Below, one piece after another: positions 47,353-59,230 of a DNA stretch of 64,000 nt. The DNA is taken from the NCBI GenBank assembly GCA_964019335.1, contig OZ025656.1, positions 62,001 to 126,000 of the forward strand, read 5' to 3'. The number at the start of each line of letters is the position of its first letter. The first letter of the stretch is position 1. A program made the translations under genes and the position numbers. The stretch comes from Diplonema japonicum (lineage: Eukaryota > Protista > Euglenozoa: Diplonemea). The notes under the pieces were generated by a model. It saw nothing but the letters and a program-made list of their open reading frames with translations, did no database searches and was not told the origin of the DNA.

Positions 47353-49935
47353 ATGAGTAGTACGCAGGGCAAGAAGATGGTGCTGGTGGCATGGATACCT
47401 CTCTCCATTTTGCTGCTGGTGTGGGCTACATCGTATTCAGGCAGCGAGGTGTCTGGAGAGCTTTCTAGCAAGTCGTTTTTTCATTGCAGCGATAACTGCA
47501 ACGCGCATGGTAGGAGCACAGTGGTGAACGGGCAGTGCGGGTGCATTTGCAGCAAGGGGTGGGCGGGTAAAGATTGCTCCATATCTGACGGTAAGGAAAT
47601 ATCAAAAGCTGTGGAAGAAGATGAAGGGAGGGTGAAGGATGTAGGCATCCAACACGTGCGCTCTGCTGAGGAGCACATGGGGATCCACGATGACAGTGAT
47701 CACAAGGTCAGCGATCACACAGAGCACAAGCACGAAGAGCTGACGGAGGCAGAAAAGGTGCTCCGTGACTACCCTTCTCTGCAGTATGCTACAGAAGGTG
47801 AAGAAGCGTGTCAAAAGGCAAATGAAGTGTGGAAAGAACGTGTGAAGACAGCTTACGGTAATTCGCAAGAAGAAATCCAAGGAAAAGAAGGGTTGCACTT
47901 GTATTTCACAACCGATTGTACAAAGCACTCCCTGTGGCAGGCACTTACTCTCGAGCACTCATGGGCGAAGATCAAACAGCCTGGTGCCCTTACCAGAATA
48001 GTTAGCGGCTGCTTTAAGTCAAACGGCGAAGCACACCCGAACACGGAACTCATGAAGAGGCGCACCATCCCGCATTCTAAGTTCTTCGTCTTCTTTGGTC
48101 CTAAGGTTGGCGGCAGGCAGCCTAGTCGTGGGGTTGTAAAGTGCGACGCCTCGGTTGCTGGGTGGTACGAAGGCGCTATCATCAAGGAGGAGAAGTCCGA
48201 AGGCTTAGATGACTGCAAGCACCGCTGCCGCGAGACGGCAGGCTGCCACTACTACAACTTCCGACACGGCGATAAGGCGTGTCACCTGTTCTCCGCGAGG
48301 GGTGCCTTCCACAACGCTGAAGACCACAGCACCGGGGCGTGCGTGGGAGGCTCCGACACTACCGCTGATGCTTACAAGCTGCCCGACTACCTTGCAGACT
48401 ATCCGCCTATCAACAGGCCCGCGACGGCGATGTACTGGCTCAACTACGCCAAGCCCCTCGAGAGGGTCCTCGGGCTGCTTGACCCTGATATGATCTTCGC
48501 ACGCCCGATGCTCTTCCACTATGTCGGGAACCAGGTCGTCGAGAAGGGGAAGCCGGTCGGGCAGTTCTACGACTACCTCGTGAGCCAGGACTGGGACAAA
48601 CACTACACAGCCATCTGCAATGAACCACATGTGTGCAAACCGTTAGGGAACAAGAAAGACTTTGCACCTGGACCGCCCCACCTGATGCACCGCAAAGATT
48701 GGTTTGAAGTGGCGCCCTGGTGGCTGAGGTACACCATTGGCGCAAGGAGGCTGTGGCGTGCGTGGACGAGTGAGATGGCAGGCATGTCTATTGGTCTGGC
48801 GAGGTTGGGACTGCGTTCTAGGCTTGTGGAGGATGGGATGTGGGACCGGACCACCGCAGCCGCCAACATGCTGAAGGGTCTCGACTTGTACTTCGGGGAC
48901 ATGGATTCGTGGAAGACATGCGGCAACGAGAACGCCGAGTGCGATATTCCCGACGATGCTGAGTACGAAGTGCGCTACGGCCCGTCGCCCGACGCGAACT
49001 TTGTCGAGAAGAGGGCACGCGGCCAGAAACTGCACTGTTCCCACCAGACCAACGATCTAGGCACTGGGTATTTCACAGGGAATGACCCTGCCCCAGGACA
49101 GGCCAAGATGTGCTTCTACAGAAACCCCGCGAAGGCCATCGATAAGAAAGGGACCAACAAGGTGTTTGAGTCGACCGAAGAAAGCAAGTGGAGTTACTGC
49201 ACAGAGGAAGGCGGGACGTGCATTCTGCCGACCACAAGCACCTTCTCTGTAAGGTTCGGCGCTTCCAGTACTGCGGAGTTTACGGAAAAGACAGGGGTGA
49301 AGGGTGGTAGCCATGTGCAGTGCATCGAGCAGGCGGGTGCTGAGCTGGCCTTCGACAACGACCCTGCGTCGGGGAAGAGCAAACAATGCTTCTTCAAGCA
49401 GGAGACCGGAAAGTTCCCTCCCCCGGCTTTGCAACAGTACATCTCGAGCGACAAGCTTCCGAGCTTGTTTCATTACTGCTTCACGTTGGAGGTGAACAGG
49501 GGTGGGTGGCCAGAGAAGCTGTGGAGGTACGCCGCACCGCAGAGAAAGTGGGAAGAGGAAAACGGCAAGCCGTTGATGGGGTACATCCATTGGAGCAAGT
49601 ACAGGTCGCTGACAGATTGGCCAAGGAGGGACGACGCACACACCATCCTGGAATGCGACCAGCCGATGCTGTTCCAGTTCCCTCCCTTGCCGCATATGTT
49701 GAAGAACTGGAGCAAGAACAGCGAGGACAAGGGATGGCACGTCTTCTTCGCCATCATCTCACCCGCTGTCAACGACGCCATGGTCCAGTACAAGCTGCAG
49801 TACTGCCCAGACCCTTCAAAAATCAACTATGAGCGGCGAGTGCGAACGGGCCATGATCAGCACTGGATATCTTACTTCGAGACAGTCATGGACCCCTCTG
49901 CTGCAGAGGGCTTCTCTTTCACCTCGCATCTTTAG
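47353..49935 (+). CDS. Type II membrane glycosyltransferase of the HPAT (GT95) / Ser-alpha-galactosyltransferase (GT96) group, with EGF, PAN/Apple and two Cys-rich modules (860 aa)
   Basis: Signal anchor; FTTDC..WQ..QPGALTRIVS, YPPINRP, LLDPDMIF (DxD), GPPHLMH, WTSEMAG, HYC motifs. Intronless. Confidence 0.85.
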   Translation: MSSTQGKKMVLVAWIPLSILLLVWATSYSGSEVSGELSSKSFFHCSDNCNAHGRSTVVNGQCGCICSKGWAGKDCSISDGKEISKAVEEDEGRVKDVGIQHVRSAEEHMGIHDDSDHKVSDHTEHKHEELTEAEKVLRDYPSLQYATEGEEACQKANEVWKERVKTAYGNSQEEIQGKEGLHLYFTTDCTKHSLWQALTLEHSWAKIKQPGALTRIVSGCFKSNGEAHPNTELMKRRTIPHSKFFVFFGPKVGGRQPSRGVVKCDASVAGWYEGAIIKEEKSEGLDDCKHRCRETAGCHYYNFRHGDKACHLFSARGAFHNAEDHSTGACVGGSDTTADAYKLPDYLADYPPINRPATAMYWLNYAKPLERVLGLLDPDMIFARPMLFHYVGNQVVEKGKPVGQFYDYLVSQDWDKHYTAICNEPHVCKPLGNKKDFAPGPPHLMHRKDWFEVAPWWLRYTIGARRLWRAWTSEMAGMSIGLARLGLRSRLVEDGMWDRTTAAANMLKGLDLYFGDMDSWKTCGNENAECDIPDDAEYEVRYGPSPDANFVEKRARGQKLHCSHQTNDLGTGYFTGNDPAPGQAKMCFYRNPAKAIDKKGTNKVFESTEESKWSYCTEEGGTCILPTTSTFSVRFGASSTAEFTEKTGVKGGSHVQCIEQAGAELAFDNDPASGKSKQCFFKQETGKFPPPALQQYISSDKLPSLFHYCFTLEVNRGGWPEKLWRYAAPQRKWEEENGKPLMGYIHWSKYRSLTDWPRRDDAHTILECDQPMLFQFPPLPHMLKNWSKNSEDKGWHVFFAIISPAVNDAMVQYKLQYCPDPSKINYERRVRTGHDQHWISYFETVMDPSAAEGFSFTSHL

Positions 49936-50653
49936 TTCGTTTTAGTGTTTACATTTTTCTTTGGGGGTTTTATCGGTGAGTTGAAAAGTAAGCTGAAAAG
50001 AATGAAAGCTAAGTCAGGCGACACTTGTGATCATGACAAGAAAAGGTTTTTTTTTATGAAAAGGTTTTCTTTTTTTTCTCTTTTACTGTGTGGGTTTAAT
50101 TCTTCTCATTTTTTTGTCCCCCCTCGTTGCTGTTGTTTTTCATGCTTTTAGTTATTCTTGCGAAATAGATGTAATTCACCTTGTAGCTGCTTTACTTTTT
50201 TTTTCTCCTTCCCTCTTCTGGGTCTGGGTCCAACCCCATCCTCTTTGTCTCCCATAAATGAACTTGCGGACTGCTGTCATCCTCGGGGCCCAGACCCAGG
50301 CCAGATTTTATAATGTGTGTTTACTTTCAAAGAAGGGATAAAAGGGTTGTTAATAATACACAGGTCCCTGGGAGGCGCATCCGTCCGGGGGAGGACTGGA
50401 GGGCGACACGTAAAGCAGCGTTTCAGGAAAACAGAGAAGAAAGAAAGAAGCAGAGAGAAGAGCAGAGCGGAAGCAGAACACGGGGCCTTAGTTGGAGAGA
50501 CAGGAAAGAACGAGAGAAAAGCAAAGACTAGAGTTTTACTTACTTTTTTCTTCGAGGTTTTTCGCCCATATGTTTCCCTTTCCTGCAAGCCCTTATGATG
50601 CAATTGGCCTTTATGGTTATTGTTCTTCCTTTATCCTAATATCACCACAGGAA

Positions 50654-53600
50654 ATGGGTGGGCAAAAGGTGGCCGTGGAGGGGGTGACAGGGAGGATGCT
50701 CTCCGACCTGAAGGGGATTAAAACACCGACCCCCCAACTTGGCGAGGTCTTTGCAGCAGTGCTGAAGCTGATCGAACCCAAAGGAGACTGCACGTGGGAA
50801 GAAGCCAGGAAGGCCATGTCGGACTCAAGGAAGTTCATTAAAAATCTAGAGAAAACCGACCCGCAAGATGTGCCCGAAGAAACCATTGCAAGTTTGCTGC
50901 CCTTCACAGAGAGGGACCACTCGGGCCTGCACCCCACTGCTCGGGCACTGGCGAAGTGGGTCATCGATGTGGTGACTGCACCGCACGAAGCTCTCAAAGA
51001 GCTCCCTCGGCAGGTCGAGGAACCACGCATGACCACTATGTCCACTCTTTCATCCGCCTGCGTGGTGCTCGGCCCCGCTCCCGAGCTACCGCTTATACGA
51101 CTGACAGACACAACAGCAACCATTCTTAAAAAATCGGGCAAACTCTGGACATCGTGGTGTCCGCAGCCATCGATCCCCATCTTCGAGTACGACCAGTGTT
51201 TCTGGGGAGCTAGCAGGAAGCTCGACATGCAGATCTCTCCACCGCAACAGATCTACGAGAGCACTGCAGGACTCCTCGTACACAGTGCGTTGTCTGGTTC
51301 CCCCGCCTGCCTGTGCGTAACAGGCCCGTCTTCCTCAGAGTACTTGTATGGAAAAGACGGCTGCCTCAAGTTCGTGTTGCAGGACCTTCGTGGCGAAGAT
51401 GCCCACGTGGACATCAGCCTCATGGATATCAGTGGAGAGGTGGTGAAGGACGTGCTTGCCGATGCAGAAGTGCAGGGCGGCAAGTTCAACGGCAGCACAA
51501 TCGAAGTGAGTAACGACGCGGACCTTGCGAGTCTTATAAAGGAGTATCCTTGTTTCGGGCACCGCGTGGTGTCCCTTTCTGCAAAGGGCACCGCCGTGTT
51601 GCACGTGGTGCAACTGGACGTTGCCGACAACAAGGGTCTTGCTGCTGTGCACAACTGGGCTGTCGCCACGAAGGGAGGCGGCACACGATTGGCGACACAT
51701 GCTATTCAACGACTGGCAGCTGACGCTTTCGGTCAGCAGGGGCACGTCATGCTGGTGTGCGCCATCACCCCCGCTGCCGACGAACTCACCACCATTCCCT
51801 CCCTATCTTACACGCAGCTCAGCAAAGAGCAGAAGATGCCCCCTCCGATCACGGATGAAATCGACCCCCTTGCCGCAGCCCGTGCCGACATCGGGTCGCT
51901 GCGTAAGACAGAACTGGCGCAGCTACGTGCCATAGTGCCTTCCCCTCCTATCCAAGCAGCAGCAGAAGCGGCACTGCTGTGCCTAGGTACTAACCCCTCT
52001 CTTGGTTGGGAGGGGATACGGAGTTCTCTCTGCAACCCTAACCTCATACGCAAGATGAAAGAACACTACGAAGTGGTAACGCTGCCAGACTCGTCTTGGC
52101 GGCGGCTGCAAGTGATGTTGCGCAGGTGTGAGGCCCTGCCGACCGGCACGCAAGAAGACCCTCAGGAGGTGGTAATGTGTGGTGTGGCAATGGGCCAATG
52201 GGCATCGGCAGTGGTTGCAAATGGTTTGGTGAAGCAGCGCACGCAGCAGAAGGACAGCCACAGGGAGAAGGTAAGGGCACGAAGGGAAGAAAGAGAGCAC
52301 AAGGAGTTGGATAGTCAGGTATCCTGCGACGAGGAAGATCCAAGGAATATGTCGACAAACGACCCTCCCATGCACTCCACTACTGTGCCCGTCCCCCTGC
52401 AACAGACCCCTTCTCGCACGTCTTCGCGACGATCATCTGTCGTAGACGAGAAGGAAAGGGCGCCGCCTACACCCCAGACGCGGCCCCTCACGCCCGTGTC
52501 GGATGCGCTGCCTGCAGAGGTCAAAGTTCCTGAGGAACCGAAAGAAGAAACGGTAGAAGATGAAGAAGGTCTTTTGCAGCAGCTGCGGCTCCGCGTCGAA
52601 AGCATGGAAACCACTCTTGTCGAGAAGGACAGGCTGCTCGTCGCACTGCAGCACCGTGAGGAGCGTCTGGAGTCCGAAAAGCATAAACGGGGCATGTCAC
52701 CCCCACCCGCCTCTACTTCTCAGCCATCCAGTCAGCACAGCATTGCACTCCAGAAGGAAGTGTGGCAGTCCCACAGTCACTCTCCTCGACTGGAACAACA
52801 AGCTGTGACCGCCCACCAAAGCAGCCAGCTGCGGCAACGAGCTTGGAAAGAGCTAGTTAGGTTAGCAAAGAGAGAAATCGCAGAACAAGAACTACTGCAA
52901 GTGAGCTATGAGACTCTTCTTAAACTCATTTCTCTGTACAAGCTTGATAAAAACCCGATTGAAGCTTGCAGGATAGAACTGTACTGGAAAGAGATGAACT
53001 GGAAGGGTGACGGGCCTTTCATCCCCGAGGTCGAGTGCCCTGTTGAGGAGACGAATAGCAAGCTGCCTGGTTTTAACCCGCGGAAAGGGAGCGACAAGCA
53101 CTTCGTCGGGCAGACGGTGGTTGTGCACCAAAGGCCGAAGAGGGCTGCCTCGCCGAAGTCACCTCGGGTGGCCAGTATCGAGCAGCCGATACCGCACACA
53201 CCAGAGACAGTGAAAAACAAGGTGAGGGGAGGGGTGCGGGAGAGGGAGGCAGCTTTGAGCGGTGCAGCAATGCTAGGGGGTGCCGAAGGAGTCGATGTGC
53301 AGGTTGCAGCCCCCAGCAACGTGAAGGTGGCGACGTCAGTCAATGACATCGGCGAGCTGCAGAAGGACAGGGCACGAAGGAGGAAGGATGCGCCTATCGC
53401 GTACTCGGACCCTAACATGATGGCAGCAGTGAACGCTCGTTTTGAAGGTACCCCAGACGAGTCCATCAATGCTATCAGGCAGAGAGAAGCCTACGCCATC
53501 GACGGCAACGGCTCCATCTTGCCGTTCGGGTCGCGTGCACAGACCACGAATCCTAATACGTGTTCCGAGCCTGCGCCGCAGAAGTGCCTCACACGCCACG

Positions 53601-54441
53601 CACCCCAGTCACCTGTCCCTTGCGACCCTAACGCCACACTCGCCATCGAGACGCCCTCACGCCTCTCCAAAGGATGCCTCAACACCAGGGGTGGCGCTGC
53701 GGCCCCGTGTGACCCTAACTCCACGCTGTCGACAGCCGCCGTTGATGTATGTCACCGCAATTTTTCACACTAACATTCCAACAGGTGCATAGTGTACCTA
53801 CGGGCAACTCGCTGGTACGGCCTGTCGAAGCCTTCCAAAAGAGGAAGGTACTGCGCACCTCTGAGCCCGTGTACAGTGACCCGGTATGCAGCAAGACACA
53901 TAGCACATGATTACAGAACACCGCGTCAGACGAGCTGCCGTACTCAAGACCACAGAGGATGATGGCGCCGCCCATAGTGGGTGCTGACCCAAACACGATA
54001 TCAGGAGAAGAGGGGGTGGTGCGGCACAGGGCAGCACAGGAGTTAGATAGGAGTGAGGGGGACAAGGTGTTTAGGCAGGGACATGGGAATAGAGACGCTG
54101 CGGGGTGCAACCCGAATGGTATTGGCAGAGAGAGTCCACTGAGCGTGGTAGGAAGTGGTGGGGGGAGGATGCGACTAGCTCCTGCGGAGAATGAACAGAA
54201 ACAGCAGGCTATCGGGAGGAAAGCCATTGACGCACCGGGGATGAGACACGGGGAGGCAGCACACCCCTTACACGGCTTTGATCCTGTCACCATGGGCAAT
54301 AGGACGGCGGTCTCTCGTTCTATGACCTCGGAGCTGGGCATCCTGAGGGCGGACATAAACTCAGAAACACAGCGAGCCACCTCCCCTCATACCCGTAAGC
54401 GGCACCATCCTCAGCCAGTCACGAGTTCCATAATCCAGTAG
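50654..54441 (+). CDS. Protein with two dynein-stalk MTBD-like domains flanking a degenerate kinesin motor domain, then coiled coil and DPN repeats (~1238 aa)
   Basis: Motif order detailed in findings. Introns 53747-53784 and 53884-53916. Confidence 0.8.
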
Positions 54442-55027
54442 AGAGGAAAGAACACAGAAAAAAAGAGAGAAAAAAAAAAACGTCAGCGAAAAAAGAAAAA
54501 AGGAAAAGAAGATAAAAAAGAAAGAATCTACACTTACCTGTTGTATTTGTTTTTGTTTTTTCCTTGTGCGCCTTTCCCATGTTCCCCCTTTCCATAAGGT
54601 AAGGTTTAGTTTTCCTTATTCACTTCTCTCGATTTTGCTGGGGGGGAATAGTGTTGTTGTGCTTCCGGGTATGGGGATCAGCTTTTAAGTTATTCTCCTT
54701 AACGTACAAAAAAAAAAAAAAAAAAAAAAAAAAAAGAATGGAGTGGGGGGAAATGACACGCTTCCGGAGAAAAAAAGAAGAAAACATGTTGATACTTCTT
54801 CCCTACAGCCCCGCTCAAACCCCTTCCTTTATTCGGTACCCTTCTACAATCTTTCTGAAGATTATGTTGTATTTCTTTTGCCTTCTCCCCCCCTCCCCTG
54901 TCCGTCTCTGCAACCGGTTAGTGGTTTAGGTGCTCCTCCGTCCATGGGACTTTTCTTCCATTTTATTTTTTGTGATGCGAAAAAAAACGGAGAAAAGAAA
55001 AAATACACAGGAGGGAAGAGAAAGAAG

Positions 55028-56719
55028 ATGTCAAAATTTGACTCGAGGGTATTGACGTGGGTGAAGGGGGCACGGATTGTCCCCGATGGGAAGATCACAG
55101 TGCTGGACAATGGGATAGAGTGCGTGAATAAATTTGAGCGCATCGAGTCCCACGAGCCAATGAGAAGCAGGTCGCCGCTTCGGAGGCAGAACTCAGGAGA
55201 CATGCTAATACAAGACAAAATGGAAACAGAGAAAACCAATGCAGTTCTAGAGAAGCAAAACACTGAAGTGTGGGCACCCCCTGTCCTGTACCGAGAAGTC
55301 TTTCAACCTCTCGGCGAGAAGGTGCCCGCCTGCGGGGTTGCGTGGATGCGGAGCAACGGGACCCTCCGCCTGCAGCTCAACATCAAAAAGCTCCCTTACA
55401 ACATGCGAAAACAACTCAACACAAAGAAGCTCCCTGTCCAAGTCCCTGAGCTTGCCGAGCGTGGCAACATCCTCCTCCTCGAGTACCCTCAGGAGCGGGT
55501 CGGCTACAGCGAGATGGCGATGCACATCGGACCTATCCAGGCAGGCTGCTCTGCGGAGGTCCCCATGATGGAAGACTGGCCCTACACTCTCCCCGCCACC
55601 CCTCCGCCGCCAGAGCCCATCAAACCCAAGAAGGTGCCGCCTCCCTTGAAGAAGACCGACACGATGAAAGCGGAAGAACGGGAACAGGAAGAAAAGAACA
55701 AGGAATCGGAGGCACCTGAGAACGGGAGAACGAAGTTAAAACTCAAGAAGCGGACGCCAACGCACCCTCGCAAGAAGAGCTGCCCCTCATGGCCACCTGT
55801 CGAAGGGAACGGCGAAGAGAATGGAGACAGCAGTGTAAAGCCGTCTGTGTCTGCGATGAACAAGGTGAGGAATGCTGTGAGGAAGCTGTCGCGACAGTGG
55901 CCGCCACCAGGGTGCGGGGTGGGGGAGGGAGACGAAGCCGCATCGCCTGTTCCGTCGCCACTGCCATCTCAGTCTCAGTCACCTGGACCGAGAAACTCAA
56001 GGAGCAGCAGCCTGTGGACAGGGTCGCCGTCTGCGTCCCCCGCAGCAAGGAGGGTATGGGGGTCGCCGGCAACAGAATCAATGCCTGCTGCGACTGAAGT
56101 AGAAGAACCGGAAACGAGAGAAGTGGAACAAAGCCCCCCACGACCGAAGGCCCCGTGGGGTGTGGCGTGGACCCCTGACAGGAGCGAGTACACAAACCCA
56201 TCACCGTCTCGAACAGGGTCCAAGGCATACAGCGGGTTGGGGTGGGGTTCCTCGTCCCCGCCTCGCAAGTCCTCGACCCCCGGGTCCCCCCAGAGGGGGA
56301 AGGGCCTCGTCACTCCTTTGAGGCGGAAGAGCACCAACCCTATATTCAGTGATGGCCATTGGGACCCTGACAGGTCGGAGTCGAACATCGAGACCACACA
56401 TGAAGGACGGCCACGCAGCGCGACCTCCATACCCTCATTGGAGGCTTTGAAGTCGAAAAGCCCAAGGAAGTGGGCAACCGTTGAATACACTCCAAGATCA
56501 AAGGGGTCGCCTGCAGCGAAGACACCCCGTGGCGAATGGCAGCGCGAGGAGGACACAGAGGCTCGGAAACAAGAAGAGGCGTACGTTGACCTTGTCAGCC
56601 CGCAAAGGGGGGAACCGAAAAAGGTATGAGGGGGAAGGGGTTTAAAAAATTGATTTAAAAAAAAAAAATAACAGCTTAACATTAAGGACAAATTCGCTGC
56701 GTTCTGTCACGAGGAATGA
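55028..56719 (+). CDS. Hypothetical protein: folded N-terminal domain and P/S/R-rich tail (~546 aa)
   Basis: Long ORF; terminal intron 56624-56674 gives last exon LNIKDKFAAFCHEE*; repeated WPP and W(T/D)PDRSE motifs. Confidence 0.75.
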
Positions 56720-56984
56720 GTATTGTTACCCCCCCCCCCCCCCCTTCCCTTATCTTTGCGTTCCTTTGTTTTGTGTTTACTATCCTTCCCTTTGGAAGAA
56801 GAATGAAGAAATAAGGTGAACAGGAAAAATAAAGAAAAAGGAAAAAAGAAAAGAAAAGGGGAAGGTGTTTAATTGTAAAGAAATTTTTATTGTCTTGTAA
56901 GGTATTTTCTTTTCTTTTTCTTTCTTCTCTTCACGCCCCCCCCCTTTTTTTTGAAAAGAATGAAAGAAAAAAGAATTTCAACCA

Positions 56985-57015
<31 letters not shown>

Positions 57016-57375
57016 CCACACAATGGGTGGGTCCCTTAAGAGGGAAGGGGTTAACAGGGGTAAACAAAGAAAAAAACCAAAGAAGAGAGTCGTACTGATG
57101 CTGATTTTTTTTTCTCTTTTTCTGGTCTCAGCCTTTTTTTTTTTTTTTTTTTTTTTTTTTCCTGAACATGGATACACACAAATTGTATTACTTGCTCTCT
57201 CTGCCCCATCCCCAGCCGTTGTCAAAATGTACATAAAAAGTCAACCAACAAGGGAGGAAAAAAAAAGAAGAAAAAAACATGCAAATTCTTACTATTTTGC
57301 TATCAAGGGGGAACTAAAAAGAAACATAGCCGCAAGTAGCAATCGCTGACAGCAAAGAAGGCACAACAATCTTCT

Positions 57376-57410
<35 letters not shown>

Positions 57411-58573
57411 CCTTTTCCCCTCCTTTTTTTCTTGCTAGACGGCTTCGAAAAAAAAGGGGGGTGGTGACAAAGGTGTCCTTTTGTTGACACACTACATGAG
57501 TTTTATCTCAGTAAACTTCGATTCTCCCCATCCCCCCCCCTTTTTTTTTCTATTCCGAGGAAATTCTGTCTTTTGCTTTCTCCCGAGGTCGCGTCCCCCT
57601 CCCTTGTGGGAGAGGGAAACTGACGGGCGTGAAGGGGGTTTTTTTATTTTTAAGAAAAAAAAAAAAGATATTCTTCCCCCTCTCCTATTCCCATCTTTTT
57701 TTTTTTTTATTCAGTCCGCCAAAAGTATCAAGGAAACTCGGTCTTGTTTTCTTTCTTTTTTTTTTTTCTTTTTAAAAATTTTTGTTTTAAAGATCAAAGA
57801 AACAACCCTGGTTAGTGTTTCTAACTGGGTCTTCTTTTTTTTTTTTTGTCTTTTTTTTTCCCCCCATCCGCCCCAAGTTGTGCATGCTGTTTCCCCCGCT
57901 TTTTTTTTCCCTTTTTTTTTTCCTTTCTTTTTTAGCAGAACATGGAGGGGAAGGGAGTAGGGGAGGGGGAAATGGCCACGTGGAAAAAAAAAAAAAAAAA
58001 AAAAAAATCCTGTTTTTTATGGCAAGGAACCGCGCTGTTACATGTCGTGTTTTTTTTTTTCTCTTTTTTTTCTTTTTTTTCTTTTTTTTCTTTAAAATAT
58101 GGAAACACAGACGGTTCCCATGTTTGCAGCAGCAAGTATAGAAAAAGGCAATAAAACCCCCTTTTTTATTCACTTTAATCCATTGACTTCACCCCCTCCC
58201 CTCCCTCTTTTTTTTTTTTTTTTAAAGTGCACAATGCTGTTTTACTTGATGTGCCTACGTTTTATATCTTTTAAAAATCTTTCCAAAACTTGCTTTTTTT
58301 TGTTTCTCTGGGGGGAAAAAAAAAACAAAAAACAAAACAAAAAAGATAGAACTAACAGAGAATGCAGAACACGCTTAGATGCGGGGTCCTGCGCCCAATG
58401 AGAGGGCTTTTTCTTTTTCTTTTATTTCCCCCTTTTTTTCCCTTACATTTTCATCATCAGGGGGGGAAGGTGATTATTATTTTCCTTGTGAGTTTTTTTG
58501 TTTTTGTTTTTTTTTTTTGGTGAGTCGGTGGCCGGTACTTCGCCTACATCACAGCGATTTCTTTTGTTAAATG

Positions 58574-58608
<35 letters not shown>

Positions 58609-59195
58609 CCCCTCTCTCTCCCTCTTTCTGATATATTCTTGGCTGAGAACGGGACACGCAAATCTTTTTTTTTTTTACTATTTATTTTTCCACCCACGAT
58701 GAAAAGAGAAGGATTCTTCAAATTTCAGAAAAGAGAAAAAAAAAGAAGAAGAAAAAAAAGGCTAATTTTCACGAATGAGCAACCCCCCTTTTTTCCTATT
58801 CAGTGAAGTTTATTACACTCGAGTGAACTTAAATTCATTGGAGGGGGGGGGGGGGGGGGGGGCGTGAACAAAGTGATTTCTTTTTTTTTTTTTTGCTCTC
58901 TCCTCGATTTTTATTTTTACTTCATCCAGTACTGAATGTAGTGTAAAAAGAAAAAAAAATTAAAAGAGAAAGTTAAACTGAAAAAGGAAAAAAAAAAAAA
59001 AATCTCTTCTCTTTAAAAAAAAAACTTTTTATAATAAACAGAAACATTTTTTTTATTGTAGTTATCAAAAAAAAAAATAATGTTGATGGTGTTATTGCGT
59101 TACAAATTACCTCTTTATTAGGTAAGGGGGGTAAAAAAAAAAGGTTTTGTAACCATTACACACAATTTTTTTCTTATTTTCTTGGTAGCGATTGT

Positions 59196-59230
<35 letters not shown>

